From: a virus
Taxonomy: Duplodnaviria; Caudoviricetes
Direction: 5' to 3' (one strand)
IMG/VR virus record: IMGVR_UViG_3300017791_000021
Span: 32,001 to 96,000 of that record
Length of the DNA stretch: 64,000 bases
Shown: one piece after another, positions 16,606 to 24,773 of the stretch
Numbering within the stretch: the first letter of the stretch is position 1
Layout of the letters: the number at the start of each line of letters is the position of its first letter
Program-made: the position numbers and the translations under genes
The notes under the pieces: model-generated
Told to the model about the DNA's origin: nothing
The model's database searches: none
The model's input: the letters and a program-made list of their open reading frames with translations, nothing else

Positions 16606-17023
16606 CTGTTTCTCCGTATTGTATTAATCCTTTTTGAAGCATATGAGAGACAACTGTTTCTGCAATAGCTGTTCCCAATTTCACATTGTGAATCCTGAAT
16701 TTGAGTTTTTCTTCATCAGGCAACTCACTCATCATTTCGTCATTACGAATGAGTGCCAAAGAAGCGGACTCCGCTGCCATATAACACAGCAATGAGAAGT
16801 CCATACCAAAGGGAAGCATTGAATGCTTGCGAGTCCACATCTCTTTAGCTTCAGCTTCAAGGACATCAGGACTAGCAGGCTGTTGACCATACTTCCCTGG
16901 CTCATCACGCATTCGAGTGGGGCCAATCATGTCCCACATCATCGAACGGGAAAGTTCAGTGGTAAGCGCCTGCCACGGGTCAATGGGCGCGACAGGCGAT
17001 ACCTCTTCGAACGGATCTACCAT
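16580..17023 (-). CDS. hypothetical protein
   Basis: 147 aa, abuts polA stop. Confidence 0.75.
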   Translation of the reverse strand: MVDPFEEVSPVAPIDPWQALTTELSRSMMWDMIGPTRMRDEPGKYGQQPASPDVLEAEAKEMWTRKHSMLPFGMDFSLLCYMAAESASLALIRNDEMMSELPDEEKLKFRIHNVKLGTAIAETVVSHMLQKGLIQYGETDEFLGEQT

Positions 17024-19063
17024 TTATTCCTTCGCTTCCGACCATCTCTGGCACACTACGACATCACCAACATCCAATGGGACCTTGATGAGATCCTGAA
17101 TTTCGCTACCAAGCATAGCTTCTCTAAGCATTTCACTGCCTTCCTCTGCTCTATCTTCCGGACAAAGAATGACAAGCTCATCGTGCACTGAAAGAATCAT
17201 GTGGATCTCTCGACCTGGATTCTTCAGGGCATCTTCTGATAGTAGCTTATGCATCCGTACCATTGCAAGCTTGATGATGTCACCAAGCGAACCCTGAACC
17301 AGACTGTTGATGACCTGACGCTCACCTCTTGCGAGAATAGAACGCTCAGCTCTCCAAGGCTGGGAAGGATCATACCATTCCAGCTTCGGAGCCTCCCGAC
17401 GTGCTACCTCAGGAAGAACCTCCCATACCCTACGCTTGCGACCCATGAGGGTACGAATGTGCGGGTCAGTCTTACGGCTCTTGGCAAGCTTCAGGATGTA
17501 ATCCTTGAACTTGTAGATCTCAGGGAATGCCTTACGGTGATCCTCTAGAAGTTGTTCGGCTTCTTCCACCGTAATCTTCAGCGTCTTTGCAACCTTATCC
17601 TTTTGTGCTCCATAAACAATAGCGAAGTTCAGTGTCTTAGCTGCACTACGCATCCACTTCTCTACCTGATCAACTGGCACACCATAAACCAGCGCTGCTG
17701 TCTGAGTGTGCGCGTCAATCCCAGCATGGAAACCGTCGTACAGACCACCATATCCGATCATGGATGCCAGAATGCGCAGTTCCATCTGGCCATAGTCAGC
17801 CACAAGGAGCTTATATCCAGGCGGAGCCATGAACAGACCACGAATCTTCTTACCGAGATCGGTATCCGGTCGTGGGATGTTCTGTAGATTTGGTTCCCTA
17901 GAAGAGAATCGACCTGTAACAGTACCATACTGAACCAGGTCGGTGTGAATACGTCCATCAAAAATACGACACGGCTTATCACTCTCTTCGTCACCAATGT
18001 ATCCGATGACATACGTGTTGAGAATCTTAGCCATTTCCTGGTATTCCAGGAGTGCATCTACTACAGGATTCCCTGCGTACTTCTCCAGGGTTTCCGCGTC
18101 AGTAGATGGGAGACCTGTCTTCTTAGAGAACTTGAGAGGCTTTAGTGCTTGCCCTCCCTCTTTCTTTTTCCCGAATAGGATCTCCTGCTTTTGGGGAACT
18201 GAGTTAATGTTGAATACTTTACCAGCAGCACGATAGATTTTTGCTTCGATCAATTCGAGCTGATGAGTCAGGTCAACCTTCAGTTCCTCAATCGCCTGTA
18301 CGTCCACAGGAGCGCCGATCAGGCCCATTTGGCAGCAGACTTCCGTCACCTGGTTTTCAAGCCCGGAGATGTCCTGTAGAGCCTCTTCTAGCAGGCGTGG
18401 AGTGAACTTCCTCCACAGCAACCAGTCGTACCGAGCGTCAAGCAGGATGTACCGAGCAACAGAGGAGAACGGGTGAGCCTCAATGCACTTACCAACTTCC
18501 TCCTTGTCATAGTCTACGCTGTAGTACCACTTGATAAGCGTCTTGAGCTTCTTAGCAATGGGACGCTTAGGTCCCGCTGCCATCTGCCCAATGTTCTCAT
18601 CAATGAGCCACTGCTGAACAATGGTGTCCTCAAAAGGACCAGGGATAATCTCATCGTAGTACTTAGCGATAGAGATTACGTCGAACGTTTCGTTATGCGC
18701 AATCTTCTTGATCTTAGGATTGAAGAATAGCGGACGAAGAATTTCGAATACCACGCTGGGCTTTAGCTGTACAGGTGGAGCATCGTAGATCGGAGGATGG
18801 CTGACAAACTTCTTTGTCTCGGCATCCTTCTTTCGGTGTGCTCGCTGTAGCAGTACATCCCCGTTGGGATGACCCATAGGGATAGCAATGGTACGTCCGT
18901 GTGTAGCAAGAGCAATCCACACCACGCTGTTCTGTGTCGGCACGCCACGAGTATTCGGGAGCGCTCCATCCATAGACTCAACGTCGAATGCAAAAGCATC
19001 CTGCCTCATGAAGTAAGCAACTTCTCTGCGAAGCTCTTCTTCAGTGAAGATTACGCCTTCCAT
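17024..19063 (-). CDS. polA: family A DNA polymerase with 3'-5' exonuclease
   Basis: AFDVES, HNETFD, TGRFSSREPNLQNIP, ADYGQMELR, RSAAKTLNFAIVYG, VHDEL. Confidence 0.95.
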   Translation of the reverse strand: MEGVIFTEEELRREVAYFMRQDAFAFDVESMDGALPNTRGVPTQNSVVWIALATHGRTIAIPMGHPNGDVLLQRAHRKKDAETKKFVSHPPIYDAPPVQLKPSVVFEILRPLFFNPKIKKIAHNETFDVISIAKYYDEIIPGPFEDTIVQQWLIDENIGQMAAGPKRPIAKKLKTLIKWYYSVDYDKEEVGKCIEAHPFSSVARYILLDARYDWLLWRKFTPRLLEEALQDISGLENQVTEVCCQMGLIGAPVDVQAIEELKVDLTHQLELIEAKIYRAAGKVFNINSVPQKQEILFGKKKEGGQALKPLKFSKKTGLPSTDAETLEKYAGNPVVDALLEYQEMAKILNTYVIGYIGDEESDKPCRIFDGRIHTDLVQYGTVTGRFSSREPNLQNIPRPDTDLGKKIRGLFMAPPGYKLLVADYGQMELRILASMIGYGGLYDGFHAGIDAHTQTAALVYGVPVDQVEKWMRSAAKTLNFAIVYGAQKDKVAKTLKITVEEAEQLLEDHRKAFPEIYKFKDYILKLAKSRKTDPHIRTLMGRKRRVWEVLPEVARREAPKLEWYDPSQPWRAERSILARGERQVINSLVQGSLGDIIKLAMVRMHKLLSEDALKNPGREIHMILSVHDELVILCPEDRAEEGSEMLREAMLGSEIQDLIKVPLDVGDVVVCQRWSEAKE

Positions 19064-19327
19064 TTAATCGATATCCTCTCCGGGTGCCATGAACTGAATG
19101 AAGTAGTAGTCGTATCCGTATTGTCCCTCCCTCTTGATGAGAACCATATCGTCCAGAGAATCCCAGTGCTCCCAAGAGTAGTCATCAAAGTGACCCTTCT
19201 TTTCCCACTCCTTCAGCTTTCCAAATGCTGTCTCGTATTCCCATGCGAACTGTACATCATCCTGATCATGCCTGCCATAGCCATCATAGACGTAGTGGCG
19301 GATCATCCAGATACCATCAGGTTCCAT
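19064..19327 (-). CDS. acidic/aromatic hypothetical protein
   Basis: start MEPDG after AGGAGG. Confidence 0.7.
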   Translation of the reverse strand: MEPDGIWMIRHYVYDGYGRHDQDDVQFAWEYETAFGKLKEWEKKGHFDDYSWEHWDSLDDMVLIKREGQYGYDYYFIQFMAPGEDID

Positions 19328-19341
19328 CGTTCCTCCTAAGT

Positions 19342-19396
19342 AAAAGAGCCCCTTGACCAGTAGGTGTAATCTACCAGCCAAGGGGCTCTTCGTCAA
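19342..19396 (-). terminator. terminator after ssb with nested promoter for polA
   Basis: 20-bp stem (3 G-U) ending in TTTT; TTGACG-17-TAGATT at 19396-19368. Confidence 0.8.
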
Positions 19397-19399
19397 TCA

Positions 19400-20128
19400 C
19401 TAGCTGCGGTTACGCTTCTGGGGAAGATCAGAAGGCAGAACCTCAGCCGCTACGTCCTCAAGGTAGTCCAGAGTGTTGATGTAGACAACCTCAGCGCCGT
19501 AACGATCCTCATTCAGCTCTGCAATCTCTTCCTCGTTCAGAGGCTCAAGAGAGTGCTCCTCAATCAGGTAGCGAGAACGAAGGAAGCCAACGTTCGTACC
19601 TGGAGCGGAGCGACCAGCCACCTTGACGTGACGAACCTCAAAGTAGGAACCGATGTCGTCAAGCGCTGCCTTCTCCTCAGCGATAGTCTGAAGCTGAGAA
19701 GAAACCTCAGTGCCGAACGTCCAAGTCTTAACCTCAGTCGGATCGTCAACCAGGTCAACAACGTTCATGACGAAGGTCCAGGACGCACGAACACCAGCCG
19801 CACACAGCGGGCAACCGCTCTGAGTGCAAGTGTAGTAGCGGTTCTTGGAGTTGACGTAGTGTCGCTTGTACTTGACGGGCGGAGCGGCGTCAAGAATCTT
19901 GATAACGCGAGTACCAGCATCCTTCAGCTTGAGAACAGGTGCCTTAACAGTCTCGGCACGCTCCTCCTGCTTAGCACCCCAACCAGAGGAAACAGCAGAG
20001 CGAGTAACACGCGGAGCAGGGGTGTCAGCCTCATCAGAAGTGTAAACCTCGCGCTCAACGTCGTGCGGCATGTCCATGTTGGAAGTGTCAGCGTCAGAAG
20101 TGACACGGGTACGGGTGATCTTAGCCAT
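19400..20128 (-). CDS. single-stranded DNA-binding protein (gp32-like)
   Basis: KRHYV..YYTC..GCPLCAAG..WTFVMNV, acidic C-terminus, next to polA. Confidence 0.75.
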   Translation of the reverse strand: MAKITRTRVTSDADTSNMDMPHDVEREVYTSDEADTPAPRVTRSAVSSGWGAKQEERAETVKAPVLKLKDAGTRVIKILDAAPPVKYKRHYVNSKNRYYTCTQSGCPLCAAGVRASWTFVMNVVDLVDDPTEVKTWTFGTEVSSQLQTIAEEKAALDDIGSYFEVRHVKVAGRSAPGTNVGFLRSRYLIEEHSLEPLNEEEIAELNEDRYGAEVVYINTLDYLEDVAAEVLPSDLPQKRNRS

Positions 20129-20175
20129 TAATGTAGCTCCTTATTTGAATGCACTTGGGCATATAGGAAAGGTTA

Positions 20176-20442
20176 TTACGGAAGGACACGAGTAATCAAG
20201 GAACCCTTGTTACTCGTCATTGAGCGAGCCCATGTAAGGTCTGCGCCCTGAATCTCGTTCAGCATATCAGAGATTTCCTCTCCGACTGCACTGAGATCCG
20301 AATCAGCGGGAACGTTCTTCTTAATGCTAGTGAAGACTGACATCTTCTCATACTGGACGACAGCGAGTTCCCAGCTCCTTGAGTAGGTGATCTCTAGCGT
20401 ATCACCTTGCTCTGACACTGTCATCTTGTCGATCGGAATCAC
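20176..20442 (-). CDS. hypothetical protein
   Basis: likely GTG start overlapping upstream TGA. Confidence 0.65.
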   Translation of the reverse strand: MIPIDKMTVSEQGDTLEITYSRSWELAVVQYEKMSVFTSIKKNVPADSDLSAVGEEISDMLNEIQGADLTWARSMTSNKGSLITRVLP

Positions 20443-20870
20443 GTCTGCAACAGGCTCTGAAACAACTTCAGGGCTTTCTGTTGAAACAACGTCTCCGACA
20501 GCCTCTTTCCTTTGTCTGGCAGCCATACTCCCTCTTCCTTTGCGATCTTGACCAACCCCTCAACCATAGCACGGGTGTACATTCTGCGTCTACCCCGTGG
20601 GTCTGCGGAAGGCTTGGTGTATGGAGACTTGGGTAGGATACCGTCTTGCTCCCACTTGCGCAAGGTCACTGCTGACCTATTGCCTAGGGCCTTGCCCAAC
20701 TGGCCGATGGAAAAGAACTCTTGCTCTTTCCCACCGACCAGAAAGGTAAAGGGTTTGGCATCCCACTTCTCGGTTTCCTTCTCCTGTGCCTTGTTCATCT
20801 GCTCAAAGAGCAGTGGAACTTGAGAACCTGGGAAGGTCTTTAGAAATCTATCGATTTGGTCAGATGCCAA
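20439..20870 (-). CDS. MerR-type helix-turn-helix protein
   Basis: FSIGQLGKALG.RSAVTLRKWEQDGILP...RRMYT. Confidence 0.85.
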   Translation of the reverse strand: MASDQIDRFLKTFPGSQVPLLFEQMNKAQEKETEKWDAKPFTFLVGGKEQEFFSIGQLGKALGNRSAVTLRKWEQDGILPKSPYTKPSADPRGRRRMYTRAMVEGLVKIAKEEGVWLPDKGKRLSETLFQQKALKLFQSLLQT

Positions 20871-21344
20871 TTAGTACCCACAATCATAGTCAAACTGAAC
20901 GACAGACTCCGGAGTAACTACAATCTTGGTGTCATTACCGAATACAGAACGCAAGGCATCCTCAAATGCTCCATCATCAACAGGAACGTTGACCTTCAGT
21001 ATCCAGGCACCGTCAGGGTGTGAACTGTAGTGCTCATAGTCGTATTCGTCGTAATAGATATCCTCATCAGGATAGGCGATTTCCATATCCGGCTCAGACT
21101 CCTCTAGCCAGGCACGCGCAACTTCCGCGTTGGAAGTCAGCTTAGCCTCACGAACAGAGAACTCGCAAGGCTCTCCGTCGTTCCAACCAGGAGTGTACTG
21201 TTCCCACATGACTGCCTTGACACCCTGCTCAAAGGCTAGCTTAAAGTAGGGGTACAGCTCCTCAATGGGCTTCTGAATAGCACGAGACCAACCGCCGTAG
21301 CTTCCCTTTACTGCCATACCCATAAACACAGTACTGTTACCCAT
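20871..21344 (-). CDS. acidic hypothetical protein (WEQYTPGWNDGEPCEF)
   Basis: 157 aa, directly downstream of the DUF6915-like gene. Confidence 0.75.
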   Translation of the reverse strand: MGNSTVFMGMAVKGSYGGWSRAIQKPIEELYPYFKLAFEQGVKAVMWEQYTPGWNDGEPCEFSVREAKLTSNAEVARAWLEESEPDMEIAYPDEDIYYDEYDYEHYSSHPDGAWILKVNVPVDDGAFEDALRSVFGNDTKIVVTPESVVQFDYDCGY

Positions 21345-21731
21345 TTACTCTCCCTTATTGAATACGTCATTAAAGTTGCCAACTTCTTTGCGAATTGCCC
21401 CAGACATCCAACGAGTTTCATCAGAATTGTGTGGGATATTCTTCAGGTAATGCTCAGGACTTGGAAGGAATCCCAGATCCTCTACGATGTGCCGTTCTGC
21501 AATGAGACGAACAGGCACTTGAATTGTCTTAGTGTTCTTCTGAACAGCAATAGTCTTACCGAATAGATCCTCACACAGGTAAACACCTAGCGTGTGATGA
21601 TACATGGCGCGATGACGATAGTCACCGAATGTCTTCTTAGAGGAGTCAATGAATTCCTCAATAGGAAGATAGTCTTCTGGGGTACCGCCCCACTTGTGTG
21701 AGGCGGACACCGCATGATACCAGCTATTCAA
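21345..21731 (-). CDS. DUF6915-like His-rich protein
   Basis: HAVS...WGG.PEDYLPI..FIDSSK..RHRAMYHHTLG..AERHIVEDLG. Confidence 0.75.
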   Translation of the reverse strand: MNSWYHAVSASHKWGGTPEDYLPIEEFIDSSKKTFGDYRHRAMYHHTLGVYLCEDLFGKTIAVQKNTKTIQVPVRLIAERHIVEDLGFLPSPEHYLKNIPHNSDETRWMSGAIRKEVGNFNDVFNKGE

Positions 21732-21915
21732 TTACTCGTACCTCATCGATCTCAAAGTTCTCCATGAAATGGTTCTCCAGATCAAAGTAGAGCTGATCGA
21801 TAATGGGCTGCCAGTCTTCCAGCTCATCGGACTCAGCAATGGCGCGCTCAAGCTCAGGAGTGAGCGGAACGTACATGTTAGAGAAGCCCCAGAAGCTCAC
21901 TACAGCAGTTCTCAT
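21724..21915 (-). CDS. hypothetical protein
   Basis: 63 aa, coupled. Confidence 0.7.
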   Translation of the reverse strand: MRTAVVSFWGFSNMYVPLTPELERAIAESDELEDWQPIIDQLYFDLENHFMENFEIDEVRVIE

Positions 21916-22115
21916 CGGCCGTACTCCTTAACCTCAGCCTTGTAGGTCTTGTGCTCACCCTTGGCCCACTTGTACAGCTCCTCAGTGAATCCCCAGTCCG
22001 CGCGAAGCAGGTCAAGAGTCACGATGAAGTCAAGCAGCTCATCATTCGTAAGCTGATCAGACAACTCACGAGCAATGTACTCAGGGTCAAGAGGGATTAC
22101 TACACTGAATTCCAC
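21912..22115 (-). CDS. hypothetical protein
   Basis: 67 aa, GGAGG SD. Confidence 0.7.
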   Translation of the reverse strand: MEFSVVIPLDPEYIARELSDQLTNDELLDFIVTLDLLRADWGFTEELYKWAKGEHKTYKAEVKEYGR

Positions 22116-22387
22116 TATGCCTCCACGATTTCGAAATACTTATCAAGGTGAGCTTCGCACACGAGATCGACTTCATCCTCGTAATACCAAGCGTTGCGCA
22201 TCATGTGCCCGTGATCCTCTTCCACACTGCGACACTTGACGAGATAGTACACTTCCTGGTCATCCGGGTCAATCCAGATAGCCATGATCTCAATGGTTGC
22301 TGCGTTTCGGCCTACCTCAAACTCGTTATTGAGGAATTGCCCAACCTCATACACTAACAGCCTCCCAAGCAACGGTAGTGATCTCAA
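22115..22387 (-). CDS. hypothetical protein (true start probably downstream)
   Basis: fills gap between neighbours. Confidence 0.6.
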   Translation of the reverse strand: MRSLPLLGRLLVYEVGQFLNNEFEVGRNAATIEIMAIWIDPDDQEVYYLVKCRSVEEDHGHMMRNAWYYEDEVDLVCEAHLDKYFEIVEA

Positions 22388-22634
22388 CAGGATGAACCTG
22401 AGTGGCCTCTACGTATCCGCGAGAGTCTTCCCATCGATCCTGTCCGTCTTGCATCTCGGTAGCAGGGTCCATGTAGTCAACCATGTAATGGTTTCCATCA
22501 TCAGCCAGGAATACCAGCTCAAGAACGGAATACCAACGACGCTTGTCTACAGTTTCCTCATGGATAGCGCCCCATGGAAGGTCATACTGCTCTTCTAGTT
22601 CTTCTACAGTGAAGTTCCTGGTAATTGGTGCCAT
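22347..22634 (-). CDS. acidic hypothetical protein
   Basis: 95 aa, GAGG SD. Confidence 0.75.
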   Translation of the reverse strand: MAPITRNFTVEELEEQYDLPWGAIHEETVDKRRWYSVLELVFLADDGNHYMVDYMDPATEMQDGQDRWEDSRGYVEATQVHPVEITTVAWEAVSV

Positions 22635-22643
22635 GCTATTCCT

Positions 22644-22696
22644 CTCTAGTTATCCATAACCACTCCCACATAGTGGGAATGATTAAAGCTACTAGC
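22644..22696 (-). repeat. structured intergenic repeat B, copy 1
   Basis: GCTAGTAGCTTTA-hairpin-TATGGATAACTAGAG. Confidence 0.65.
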
Positions 22697-23330
22697 AGTG
22701 ATAGTCCACAACGGTGATAGCAAGGTTAGCTATCGGCTCTACGTCACGAAGGTAGTTCCAGTAATCATAGGCAGGATTCGGGGGGAATACAGAGTTGGGA
22801 TCGCCATCCTCATAACCCACACCATCCTTGTTGTACGTCTCTCGCTTGATGAACTCGCCATCAAGAGTCAGATAGGAATACGGACCGCTATCCATCCAAT
22901 CATACTTACCATGATTGCGCAAGGAAAGAGCATAGCCGATGGAAACAGTATTGACAGAACTTGTAGTAGAGACAACTCCTTCAAAGAACTTGCGCGCCTC
23001 ACTGGTCTCCCAGTAGTTATCCCAGCGTCCACCGATAACCCACCAATCCCAGTAACCCTGAGGATTCCAGGTGCTCAGCTTATAAGCGCCCTTCTCATCG
23101 GTGTAGGTGACAGAATTACTCCAGGAGAACGGGATCACATCGTTAGGGTCATCACCTTCGTGATAGCCCTTCTCGGCATACCATGCATTCGCGCTAGCAA
23201 TCTCCTTCTCGCTGTAGTAATCCTTATACTCAGGAACTTCCAGCTCCTCATAAAAAGGAGTCATCTTTTCCGTGATGTATTCCTCCACATCAACATCAGC
23301 AGGATGAATAACGTGCAGTACGTAGTGCAT
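22692..23330 (-). CDS. hypothetical protein (WNPQGYWDWWVIGGRW...VVDYHC)
   Basis: 212 aa, GAGGAG SD. Confidence 0.8.
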   Translation of the reverse strand: MHYVLHVIHPADVDVEEYITEKMTPFYEELEVPEYKDYYSEKEIASANAWYAEKGYHEGDDPNDVIPFSWSNSVTYTDEKGAYKLSTWNPQGYWDWWVIGGRWDNYWETSEARKFFEGVVSTTSSVNTVSIGYALSLRNHGKYDWMDSGPYSYLTLDGEFIKRETYNKDGVGYEDGDPNSVFPPNPAYDYWNYLRDVEPIANLAITVVDYHC

Positions 23331-23338
23331 ATTCTCTC

Positions 23339-23395
23339 CTCTAGTAGTCCATAGACAGAGCTAGGTTTCCCTAGCCCTGACTAAAGCATACTAGC
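23339..23395 (-). repeat. structured intergenic repeat B, copy 2
   Basis: GCTAGTATGCTTTA-hairpin-TATGGACTACTAGAG. Confidence 0.65.
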
Positions 23396-23738
23396 GGTGA
23401 CGACGAGTCGTAGTACGACGCTTGGTGGTCGTGTGCTTCGTAGTCGTAGTGTGCTTGGTGGTGGTACGAGAACCATTGCTGTGAACAGTGGTAGTCGTGT
23501 TGTGCTGAACAGTCACGTGGTGCGAGGTGACGTAGCTGCTGCTGACGTGGTGCACAGGGTGCAGGTGGTTATTGTACAGACTTGTGTGGCTGTGGTAGTA
23601 GCGGTAAGGAACGTAGACGTAGTGTCCGTGATCCCATACCTGCTCATACCCACCGTCGCTGTATCCGCCGTTACCACACGCAGTAGCACCGGTCAGGATG
23701 ACAGCAGCCGTACCGACAGCAGCAAGAAACTTCTTCAA
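23391..23738 (-). CDS. His/Tyr/Thr-rich lipoprotein
   Basis: MKK + hydrophobic core + ATAC lipobox; TTTKH repeats. Confidence 0.75.
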   Translation of the reverse strand: MKKFLAAVGTAAVILTGATACGNGGYSDGGYEQVWDHGHYVYVPYRYYHSHTSLYNNHLHPVHHVSSSYVTSHHVTVQHNTTTTVHSNGSRTTTKHTTTTKHTTTKRRTTTRRHR

Positions 23739-23756
23739 CGTTCTCTCCCTTGTGAG

Positions 23757-24224
23757 TTATACCTTTGTTGGATTGAAGCTCCACGATACAGTCACATCAA
23801 AGAAGCTGTCAAGCTCCTCTTGACTGATCATGTCTTGCACGAACAGGTCCCACAGTACATCCTGATCGACGTGTTGTACAGTCACGATCACACCGGAATT
23901 TGAGACAAGATCATCCCAACCCATCCAATGCTCATCCTCACTGTTCGCACGCTCCGTCAGGAAGTCGATGACGCGCTGTTCGTTGAGAACCTTACTCACC
24001 TTCTTGGTCTTTTGCAAGCTTGCGTACTCCTTGCCGTTGACCTTCAGGGGTTCTGCGAACGGTATCACATGAGAGCCGCGAGTGTTAGTGTCTGCATCCC
24101 GTAGGTACGGTTCCAACTCTCGCTTGATGCCCTCTTGCAGAGCCTTTCTATCAGCTATCTCCTGGTTGAGCAAGAGGTACGCTGCCACCTTGGCCTTGAT
24201 GGATGTATCAGATGTTAAGGCCAT
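23757..24224 (-). CDS. hypothetical protein
   Basis: 155 aa, AGGAG SD. Confidence 0.75.
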   Translation of the reverse strand: MALTSDTSIKAKVAAYLLLNQEIADRKALQEGIKRELEPYLRDADTNTRGSHVIPFAEPLKVNGKEYASLQKTKKVSKVLNEQRVIDFLTERANSEDEHWMGWDDLVSNSGVIVTVQHVDQDVLWDLFVQDMISQEELDSFFDVTVSWSFNPTKV

Positions 24225-24771
24225 ATGCTCTCCTAGTAATCACAATGTTGTTGTCGGAAGTGCGTAGCTGACGATCCAAATACTTGGACAGCTCATCAAC
24301 GTCATCAAAGGTGAGATTAGACTGAGCAATTCCAGACTTCATACTCACATCGAAATAGGTATCAGGACGCTTACGGAAGCGAATAGGAGAACCAACAGAG
24401 ATACCTCCGAAGTGCGGAGGATTCAACCATCTATCAGAGCCAGCCAACTTGAACTGCACATTCTGATCAGAAAGGTAAGGAGCAATTCCGGGAGAGGTAG
24501 GCTCTTCCTTACGAATGGCCGCGAACTGTCCCTCTGCCAGCATAGAAGAAACCTTCGCCATGGCCTCAGTCTTGTCTCCAGATGTCAGAACCTTCTTGTC
24601 AAAGGAATCAGTGACCACATACTTAATCACTGGAGCTACACGAAACTCAGTACCAGAAGGAAACTCTGTGAGAGTTCCACAGTCGGCCCACTCGTTGTAA
24701 TTCTCCTCAACCTTCCACGAAGGAAGCTGAGCCTTCAGCGTACGATACTGCACGCCATTAAGTACAGACAT
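24208..24771 (-). CDS. hypothetical protein
   Basis: 187 aa, GGAG SD. Confidence 0.75.
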   Translation of the reverse strand: MSVLNGVQYRTLKAQLPSWKVEENYNEWADCGTLTEFPSGTEFRVAPVIKYVVTDSFDKKVLTSGDKTEAMAKVSSMLAEGQFAAIRKEEPTSPGIAPYLSDQNVQFKLAGSDRWLNPPHFGGISVGSPIRFRKRPDTYFDVSMKSGIAQSNLTFDDVDELSKYLDRQLRTSDNNIVITRRAYGLNI

Positions 24772-24773
24772 GT

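Noticed and set aside
14244-19063. Inteins or introns in RNR or DNA polymerase; alternative genetic code
   Set aside because: Genes are uninterrupted, of ordinary length, and translate fully in the standard code
19328-19396. N-terminal extension of ORF 19064-19396
   Set aside because: It spans the terminator/promoter; an AGGAGG SD supports the downstream ATG
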